Shown here: positions 9,674-16,287 of the stretch, piece after piece
Layout of the letters: each line of letters starts with the position of its first letter
Position numbering within the stretch: the first letter of the stretch is position 1
Source: an uncultured Clostridia bacterium
GTDB lineage: Bacteria; Bacillota; Clostridia; TANB77; CAG-508
Assembly: GCA_947623285.1 (NCBI GenBank)
Contig: CANQGP010000002.1
Coordinates: 23,143-55,142, forward strand
DNA: 32,000 nt
Direction of reading: 5' to 3'
Program-made: the position numbers and the translations under genes
The notes under the pieces: model-generated
What the model was told of the DNA's origin: nothing
What the model saw: only the letters and a program-made list of their open reading frames with translations
Database searches by the model: none

Positions 9674-9690
9674 AATAATCAACCTCCTTC

Positions 9691-12600
9691 CTATATAATT
9701 TCATCTTTCTTAAGATTTATTTCTCTCTTTACAAAGTATATTCCTGATGCTAATACTAGTAGTAATACTATTGTTAATACAGTATATAGTACTGGTCCAC
9801 CAGTTCTAATACTTAAGATAACATTTGCTGAACCTAAATCGTTTTCACCTTGTGCTTTGTTTGCTGGTGTTGAGTTTATATCTGTTACTCCAGCTTCGTT
9901 GTAATCTTCTCTAATTTCAGCTAAGTTATTTGTTAATCCTGTATTATCTTCTGTCATTTTCTTGGTTACTGTTAATATAATTTCTTCACTTTCTCCTGGT
10001 GCTATCTTTTTATTTGCTAAACTATTATTGTAAATGTTTGCTCCTTCTTGATACCAATCTCTGTTAAGTTCTGATGAGAATGTTAAATCTTTTGGTAAGT
10101 AATCTACAATATTTTTAACATATCCTTCTAGTTCTCCTGCATTTGTTACTTTTATTTTGTATTCTATGATTGCATTTGCTCCATTTACTTCTTTAGCAGG
10201 TATTTCTATTTTAGCTAAGCTTTCATTATTGTAATTATATGTTTTTGTTCCTGATGCACTTTGTATAACTACTTTGTTAACAAATTTTTCTAGTTTCATA
10301 TCAAATTTTTCTGATCTTACTAATCCTATATTTGTATTTGCTATACTATTTGTTTTTAATGATATTATATCTGTAACTCCGTAAGTTTTTGCTTCTCCGT
10401 CTAATTGTAATTTTTCTGTTATTGCATTTGAATTTCTACTTGCATCAACTCCTACTTTTTCATATTCAGTTAATCTATATGTTGATGCATCATATCCAAA
10501 GATTACTACATATTCTCCTGTTGGTATTCCTGATAATGTATATTTACCATCAGCTGTTGTTGCAGTAGATATTCTTTCACCATTTGGATTTGTTGCTAAT
10601 TCATTTGTTGCTATATTTAATAATTTTACATTCATTCCATTTATTGTTGGTTCTTGTTCGTCTCTTTGTCCATTTGCATCTTGGTCTTCCCAAGCTATAC
10701 CACTTATTTTGAATGTTTCTATTACATTTCCTTCTTTATCTTTATATTCGTTTTCTTTATTTTCGTTTTTGTTATTTTTGCTTATCGCTGTCATTGTATG
10801 AGATATTTCATTTGATGTTAGTTCTCCAGCAATTGTAGTCATTGTTGCTTTGTTAGTTATTTCTTCATCAGTACTCATTCCTTCTTGATAGTTTACTAAT
10901 GTAGAAATTTTTATTTCTTTTTCTTCTCCTGGTTTCATGTTTACTGAAACTTTTACATCGTTATCTGAAGGAACTCCTACATTTTCATCTCCTACTGTTA
11001 CTCCTGTTATTGTTAATTCTTTAGCTATAGAATCTTCTACTAAAACACTTGGTACTGTTATATTATTTTTGTTTTCTACTTTTATTTTGTATTCTATTAT
11101 GTCTCCTGCTTTTACATATTCGTTTTCATTGTTTGCAGATAATGTTATTCCATATTGGCTATTATTCAAAACTTTACCTGTTGCTATGTTTGATTCATAT
11201 GTTTTGTTTCCATTATCTATTGTTGCTGATATTGTAAAGTCTTTACTTTGTTCTTTTATTTGTTTTGCGCTTACTTGTATATATACTACTAATGTACTAT
11301 TTGCTGGTATTGAATCTATTGTAATTTCTTCACTATTTTCTACTCTAGCATATCCTTCGTCTTCATACATGTTTTCGCCTCTTCTTGATTTTGTAAAGAC
11401 TTCTTCTGTCATTGTTTCTTGACTTATTATTTCTATTTCACCATTTAGTTCCCATGTGAATTTTACATTTCTTTGTTCTGTATCTGTTAAGTTTTTAATT
11501 ATTGCCATATATGAAGTATTATCATCAATTACTATTTTTCCTTCATCTGGACAGAATGCATCATCATGTGTAACATAAATGCTCATATCTCCTTCTGTTA
11601 CTTTGTTTGAAATAGTATTTGTTTCTTTTGTTACTTCTTCATATTGTATTGTTGATTTTGTAGAAATTTCGCTATTTACTTCTGCTTGTTTTGTTACTTG
11701 TGCTTCATATTCTACTTCTCTTACTTCTCCTGGTTGTAAGTTTTCTACTATTTGTTCATTACTATCTTTTATGATTTCTAGTCCTTGTGGTAAATCACTT
11801 GTTACTTTTACTGTTGCTGCTTTTGCTCCTGAGTTTCTAACTTGAGTTGTATATTTTACTATTTCACCTTGTTTTACTTCTTTATTATTTTCTAAGTTTT
11901 CTGAACCTTTTTGAGCTATTAATCTTGCTTCTACAACTGGTCCTTCTCCTGTTGTTAATTCAATTGTTGTAGATTTGATTGATTGTGCTACTCCTGTATT
12001 GCTTTCTACATATGAAACTTCATAACCTTGTGTTGCTATTTGGTTATAGTCTAATCCAGATGGTATTTGCATATCATAGCTTACTTTTATTCTTTCAACT
12101 ATTTGCATATCTGTTACTGTTATTAAATATTTTTTAGCTACTGCAGTTGCTTGTTCGCTCCATGCATTTTCACTATTTTCTAAGTCAGCTGTTGCAGCTT
12201 CGTTTTCTGTGTAATATACTTTTACTTTACCTGTATCTATTCCTTCTATTGAAATTCCTGACATTAAAGTTGCATGTAAATTATTTTGTGTTCCATCTGT
12301 TGCAAAGCTTCCTAATACTGCTATATTATTAATTGCTGTTTCGTTGTTATTTATTATTTCTTCTTCAATTTTTACTTGTTTTTCTTCAGCATTTTTATCT
12401 AATGTTGCTGTAACTTTTTCTTGATCTCCAATTGTTTGAACTCCTAAAGCTTCAATGTTATTTGTTGTAATTAATCCTTTTGGTGATACAACTTCCATAT
12501 TTATAACTTCTGTTCCATTTTGTGCTGCTTCTTTATATTGATTTGCGTTTTCGTTTGTATATGTCATTTTAATTGTATCTTGTTTACTTGTTGCTTTATT

Positions 12601-14469
12601 ATTTAACGTTAAATCTGCATTTATTAATATTTGTGTTCCTTCAACTCCTGGATCTTTATATTCAGATTGTGTTCCTACTAGGTTAACTTTTATAACTTGT
12701 CTTCCATTTACTACTTCTTGTGTAAAGTTTACTTCAGCAAATTCATCTCCATATACTTTGTTTACACTATTTATTTTTGCATTTACAACATCTGCTGGCA
12801 ACTCTATTTCGATAGTTGGATTTTTATATAAATCATATTCTTCACTGTTTGATAATAGTGTTGCTTTTATTTCTACATTTTTGTTTTCTGTTATTGTTGA
12901 TAAACTATTTCTATTTGATTCTATTTTTGCTACTGTTGTTGTTTCTTTTAATTGTGTACTAGCTGTAGTTGTTGGAATAACTCCTTTTTGTGCACTCTTT
13001 GTGTCATATGTTCCATTTAATTCTGTTGTGATTTCTGTTGCATTTTTTACCATTTCTGCATTTGCAGCTCTTATTACTTTTACATTTGATAATTTTAGTT
13101 CACCCGCTGTTTGTGGTTTTGTTGTTCTTATTGAGATATTGCTAACACCTTGTGGATAATTTATTACTATATTATCATTCTCGTCTGTTTGACTTGATTT
13201 TGTTAATGTGAATATTCCATTGTTTGATGTTATTTCTACTACACCGTTTTCACCTAAAAGGCTTATCATTTCTTTTTTGCTTATTGTTGTTCTTACATAT
13301 TCACTTGGTATTGATGTAGTATTTTCATTTACATATATTGCTTCTGTAGCTTTATCTAAATTAACTTTAATTTCTGTTTCGCTTTTTAATTCTTTGTCTA
13401 CACCTGCATATATTTTTCCTTTATATATTGAATCTTCCATTTTTTCATTTAAAGTAATGATTCCATCTTTTTCTTCATTAACTGTTGCTGTTGATAACGC
13501 ATTTGTTACCATTGCTCCATCATATAAGGTCATAGTTGTATTTGCTGTTAAATTTGTTCCTTTAACTTCTATATTTTTGTTGTAAATATATGTAAGGATG
13601 ATTTCTTCATTTCCATTCTTTGACCATTTTATTTTATTTTCATTATTTGCTTCATTTGAGATTTCTACAGTTGTTGTATCATTTTCATTTGTTACATTGT
13701 ATTGTGACATACCTTTTAATGTAACCTTATTTTCTAATATTGGTTCTTCTCCATTTATTTTTGGTATGTTAACTTTTGTTGTTATATGTTTTATTGGATA
13801 AGTATTATTTTTCATTCCTGTTTTTATTAAAACTTGTACTATTCTTTTTTCTTCTCCATTATACATACCTATTTTATTTGTAATTACTTCTGCACTATTT
13901 TCTATATTTTCTTCAACATTTGCACTTACATATTCTATTTGTAAACTTGTAGTTCCTGAAATTTTTACATCTCTTTGTGTACTATCTCTGTATACACCTG
14001 TTAAACTTAATTTGCTCTCCATGTTTAATAAGTCCAAATTGAAGTCTTCTGATAATTTTGGTTTTACTGTTACTTCTATTTCTGGACTTGCTCCTGCATT
14101 TATTTGATTTAATGTTAGTGTATCTGCAGATACTTTGCTAACATTTTCACTTTGTGATGATACAAATTCAAAATTACTATTTTCTAATTTGATTTCACCA
14201 TTAAAGTAACCTTCTTTGGCCACTTCTACTGTTAGATACATTTTCATTTCTTGTGAATTTATATCTACTTTTTGACTAGCTGTTTTTGTTCCAGCTTGGT
14301 CTTTTAAATATACTGAAAATTTTACATTTTCATTATTTGTTTTTGCTGTTGTAACAGTACCATCTAAAGCATAGCTTATTAGTCCTGTACCAACAGACAC
14401 GAAATTAATAGCTGTAAGAGTTATTAATAACATACTAGCTATTGTGACTTTTAAAATTTTTCCTCTCAT
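9691..14469 (-). CDS. Giant cell-surface protein (DUF11-like beta-sandwich repeats plus an SdrD-B-like module); paralog of the 1-4854 gene
   Basis: The ORF track gives 9691-14508 from a TTG. The better start is ATG 14469 (MRGKILKVTIASMLLITLTAINFVSVGTGLISYA, signal-like), with AGGAGG at 14484-14479 nine nt upstream. The C-terminal part reads ISGIAWEDQDANGQRDE...DGKYTLSGIPTGEYVVIFGYD, then ...DINSTPANKAQGENDLGSANVILSIRTGGPVLYTVLTIVLLLVLASGIYFVKRE. The stop is 8 nt from the SD-bearing gap before the next gene. Confidence 0.9.
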   Translation of the reverse strand: MRGKILKVTIASMLLITLTAINFVSVGTGLISYALDGTVTTAKTNNENVKFSVYLKDQAGTKTASQKVDINSQEMKMYLTVEVAKEGYFNGEIKLENSNFEFVSSQSENVSKVSADTLTLNQINAGASPEIEVTVKPKLSEDFNLDLLNMESKLSLTGVYRDSTQRDVKISGTTSLQIEYVSANVEENIENSAEVITNKIGMYNGEEKRIVQVLIKTGMKNNTYPIKHITTKVNIPKINGEEPILENKVTLKGMSQYNVTNENDTTTVEISNEANNENKIKWSKNGNEEIILTYIYNKNIEVKGTNLTANTTMTLYDGAMVTNALSTATVNEEKDGIITLNEKMEDSIYKGKIYAGVDKELKSETEIKVNLDKATEAIYVNENTTSIPSEYVRTTISKKEMISLLGENGVVEITSNNGIFTLTKSSQTDENDNIVINYPQGVSNISIRTTKPQTAGELKLSNVKVIRAANAEMVKNATEITTELNGTYDTKSAQKGVIPTTTASTQLKETTTVAKIESNRNSLSTITENKNVEIKATLLSNSEEYDLYKNPTIEIELPADVVNAKINSVNKVYGDEFAEVNFTQEVVNGRQVIKVNLVGTQSEYKDPGVEGTQILINADLTLNNKATSKQDTIKMTYTNENANQYKEAAQNGTEVINMEVVSPKGLITTNNIEALGVQTIGDQEKVTATLDKNAEEKQVKIEEEIINNNETAINNIAVLGSFATDGTQNNLHATLMSGISIEGIDTGKVKVYYTENEAATADLENSENAWSEQATAVAKKYLITVTDMQIVERIKVSYDMQIPSGLDYNQIATQGYEVSYVESNTGVAQSIKSTTIELTTGEGPVVEARLIAQKGSENLENNKEVKQGEIVKYTTQVRNSGAKAATVKVTSDLPQGLEIIKDSNEQIVENLQPGEVREVEYEAQVTKQAEVNSEISTKSTIQYEEVTKETNTISNKVTEGDMSIYVTHDDAFCPDEGKIVIDDNTSYMAIIKNLTDTEQRNVKFTWELNGEIEIISQETMTEEVFTKSRRGENMYEDEGYARVENSEEITIDSIPANSTLVVYIQVSAKQIKEQSKDFTISATIDNGNKTYESNIATGKVLNNSQYGITLSANNENEYVKAGDIIEYKIKVENKNNITVPSVLVEDSIAKELTITGVTVGDENVGVPSDNDVKVSVNMKPGEEKEIKISTLVNYQEGMSTDEEITNKATMTTIAGELTSNEISHTMTAISKNNKNENKENEYKDKEGNVIETFKISGIAWEDQDANGQRDEQEPTINGMNVKLLNIATNELATNPNGERISTATTADGKYTLSGIPTGEYVVIFGYDASTYRLTEYEKVGVDASRNSNAITEKLQLDGEAKTYGVTDIISLKTNSIANTNIGLVRSEKFDMKLEKFVNKVVIQSASGTKTYNYNNESLAKIEIPAKEVNGANAIIEYKIKVTNAGELEGYVKNIVDYLPKDLTFSSELNRDWYQEGANIYNNSLANKKIAPGESEEIILTVTKKMTEDNTGLTNNLAEIREDYNEAGVTDINSTPANKAQGENDLGSANVILSIRTGGPVLYTVLTIVLLLVLASGIYFVKREINLKKDEII

Positions 14470-14560
14470 TTTCAACTTCCTCCTTACTTTTTGTTCATGG
14501 AAATTCAATTAATTTTCATTTCATTAGGGTAGAATATTCCATAATCTACCACTATAATCT

Positions 14561-14589
14561 ATTATACCCCTTTTTCTCAGATTTTTCAA
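14561..14589 (-). promoter_or_regulatory. Near-consensus sigma-A promoter for the 14469-9691 / 9673-5243 gene pair
   Basis: The minus strand reads TTGAAA (14589-14584), 17 nt, TATAAT (14566-14561). An ~85-nt leader contains the hairpin GGTAGA-11 nt-TCTACC. Confidence 0.7.
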
Positions 14590-14702
14590 GTATTTTACGG
14601 ATTTTTTTAACTTTTTATGTAACTTTTTCCTTTTATGATAATATACTTCTTTTTTTCAGTATTTAGTAACCTTTTTTATATTCTTTCATATACTTTTAGT
14701 AG

Positions 14703-15128
14703 GTGATTGTTTTGGATAATTTAAATCTAAATAATGATATGTTAAATAAACTAAAAAACATGATTGGTGAAGAACAGGTAAATGATGCTATTTCTAAGAT
14801 TTCTCCCGAAATGATACAAAACTTTTCAAATATGATGGGAGAAAAAAATAATACTAATTCCTCTGAAAATTTTGGAAATATTGATATGGAAACTCTATTA
14901 AAAATTAAGTCTATTTTAGATAAATTGAATAATAAAGGTAATGACCCTAGAAGTAATTTATTAAATTCTTTAAAACCATATATGAGAGAAAGTAGAAAAG
15001 AAAATATTGATAAATATTCAAAATTGCTTAAAATAGCTGACTTAGCTACCCTTTTAAATAACGAAACTAATAATGATATTAACTTTATGAATAGAAATAA
15101 TGAGGAGAATTCTCATTATGATGAATAA
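14703..15128 (+). CDS. Hypothetical Asn/Lys-rich soluble protein (family not recognised)
   Basis: 141-codon ORF in the track, starting at GTG 14703, with AGGTGA at 14701-14706. TTG 14712 or a later ATG are alternative starts. It has the conserved-looking segment DPRSNLLNSLKPYMRESRKENIDKYSKLLKIADL. It is the only sizeable plus-strand gene in the left half of the window. Confidence 0.55.
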   Translation: MIVLDNLNLNNDMLNKLKNMIGEEQVNDAISKISPEMIQNFSNMMGEKNNTNSSENFGNIDMETLLKIKSILDKLNNKGNDPRSNLLNSLKPYMRESRKENIDKYSKLLKIADLATLLNNETNNDINFMNRNNEENSHYDE

Positions 15129-15243
15129 ATTTAATTTTCAGTCTGATGATTTGATTTTGCTTGCTATTCTCTATCTTTTATATAATGAAAATAATAATGA
15201 CAAGCTTTTATACATAATTTTATTTTTGCTATTATTAAGCTGA
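15118..15243 (+). CDS. Possible 41-aa two-helix hydrophobic peptide, overlapping the upstream gene's stop
   Basis: Below the track's size cut-off. ATGATG at 15118 overlaps the upstream stop (15126-15128) in another frame, with GAGGAG at 15102-15107. Product is MMNKFNFQSDDLILLAILYLLYNENNNDKLLYIILFLLLLS. It ends inside the hairpin at 15238-15276. Confidence 0.35.
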   Translation: MMNKFNFQSDDLILLAILYLLYNENNNDKLLYIILFLLLLS

Positions 15244-15276
15244 ACAACAACTATTTTTATTAGTCATTGTTCAGCT
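15238..15276. terminator. Hairpin between convergent genes (possible bidirectional terminator)
   Basis: 10-bp perfect inverted repeat, agctgaacaa (15238-15247) and ttgttcagct (15267-15276), with a 19-nt loop. There is no clean U-tract on either side, so the function is uncertain. Confidence 0.4.
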
Positions 15277-15288
15277 GTATCCTTAATA

Positions 15289-15903
15289 TTAATCGATAAT
15301 AATTTTGTCTTTTTCTACATAACAATATGATTGTTTATGCAATGTTTCTTCATCTCGGTCAATTTCTTTTACTATATCTGCTATTCTCATTTGCACTGTA
15401 TCTATTAACCCTGCAGCTATTATTGCATCTTTATTTCCTTTTGCACCTGCATGTGCAAGTCCTCTTAAACTTCCTAAAACCACTATGTTATCAGATGCTA
15501 TTACTTCTGCTCCAGAATTTACATCCCCTATTATTACTAAACTTCCTTCTGTTTCCATTTTTTGTCCTGACCTTAATGAACCTCTATGAAACTTTGTTTC
15601 AGATATTTCTATATTTTTATTAAAAGTTTTCTTTATGCTATGTAATCCCAATGTTTTTGGTATTTCAAATTCAATTTCTACATCTATTTCTTCTTTTATT
15701 ATTGATTTTATTGCATCCATTTCTTTATTTTTTAGAATTTTTCCTGTTACTAGAATTGGAGTTTTTTCATTATTATAAAACTTTTTTAATTCTGGTAATT
15801 TTTTTTCTAATTCATGTATAATTTCTAGATATTCTGCTTTTTCTGCTATTTTCAAAACTATTTTATCTTTTTTTAAATTAATTGAAATATTATTCTTTTT
15901 CAT
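15289..15903 (-). CDS. minC: Septum site-determining protein MinC
   Basis: The C-terminal half matches the MinC beta-helix signature: GSLRSGQKMETEGSLVIIGDVNSGAEVIASDNIVVLGSLRGLAHAGAKGNKDAIIAAGLIDTVQMRIADI. The ORF track starts at ATG 15930. I prefer ATG 15903 (MKKNNISINL...), which is preceded by AAAGGA. Both are possible. Confidence 0.85.
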   Translation of the reverse strand: MKKNNISINLKKDKIVLKIAEKAEYLEIIHELEKKLPELKKFYNNEKTPILVTGKILKNKEMDAIKSIIKEEIDVEIEFEIPKTLGLHSIKKTFNKNIEISETKFHRGSLRSGQKMETEGSLVIIGDVNSGAEVIASDNIVVLGSLRGLAHAGAKGNKDAIIAAGLIDTVQMRIADIVKEIDRDEETLHKQSYCYVEKDKIIID

Positions 15904-15947
15904 CTTTACATCCTTTCTATATTGCAACATTTTATTCTTGCTCTAAT

Positions 15948-16039
15948 TAGAATTTGATATCATTAATTTTAACGCCAAAACATATCTGGGGTCTCTCAAA
16001 CAACAGTCTTGGCTTATAAAATTAATATATCAAATTCTA
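15948..16039. repeat. Long imperfect palindrome E0 (92 nt): AT-rich stem enclosing a G+C-richer core
   Basis: 15948-15971 (tagaatttgatatcattaatttta) pairs with 16015-16039, giving 23 bp with one bulged C. This is extended by gccaa/ttggc (15974-15978 with 16009-16013). The apical loop is 30 nt, aacatatctggggtctctcaaacaacagtc. Confidence 0.8.
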
Positions 16040-16076
16040 TGTTTATAGTATAAATTCATCATTTTGTATGTGTAAT

Positions 16077-16255
16077 AGTATAAATATATAAATTTTGAAA
16101 ATGAACGGTTGTGAAGTAAATCAAGCTAGAAATTCTTGATGTTATTTATGGAAAGAGTTCACAGCTTGACGTGGAAGGGTGCCATAAATAACATTTAGAA
16201 TTTCTGTGTAGATTTACAAACTGAAGTGAATTTGATAAATTTATATATTTATACT
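16077..16255. repeat. Long rod-like palindrome E1 (179 nt) with a large central bubble; candidate structured RNA (6S-like architecture), strand undetermined
   Basis: - Perfect 19-bp closing stem: 16077-16095 with 16237-16255.
- Unpaired bubble: 20 nt (16096-16115) opposite 19 nt (16218-16236).
- Inner helices: 7 bp (16116-16122 with 16211-16217), 9 bp (16128-16136 with 16197-16205), 13 bp (16139-16151 with 16182-16194).
- 30-nt G+C-richer apical region: 16152-16181.

Confidence refers to the structure, not to any function. Confidence 0.8.
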
Positions 16256-16287
16256 TTAATACAATAATGTTATCATAAACTAATAAT

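Noticed and set aside
9674-9682. Track start codons TTG 9682, TTG 14508 and ATG 21932 as true starts
   Set aside because: In each case a downstream ATG (9673, 14469, 21908) has a well-spaced GGAGG/AGGAGG/GGGGG and gives a normal signal-peptide or TM N-terminus. The longer forms have no SD.
381-14000. Dozens of + strand ORFs of 60-160 aa in the track (for example 2100-2573, 9046-9447, 10937-11422, 12758-13159)
   Set aside because: They are extremely Leu/Phe/Ile/Cys-rich with no SD. All lie antisense to the three giant minus-strand genes, whose K/E/N/T/V-rich codons produce such frames. They are artefacts. The same applies to the + strand ORFs inside mrdA, mreB, mreC, pcrA, the PBP gene and the HExxH gene.
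16077-16255. E1 as an invertible promoter switch (19-bp perfect inverted repeats flanking 141 bp, a size similar to C. difficile-type switches)
   Set aside because: The interior is itself largely self-complementary, forming a continuous rod, unlike known invertons whose interior is unique sequence. No recombinase gene is in the window. I keep it only as a remote alternative.
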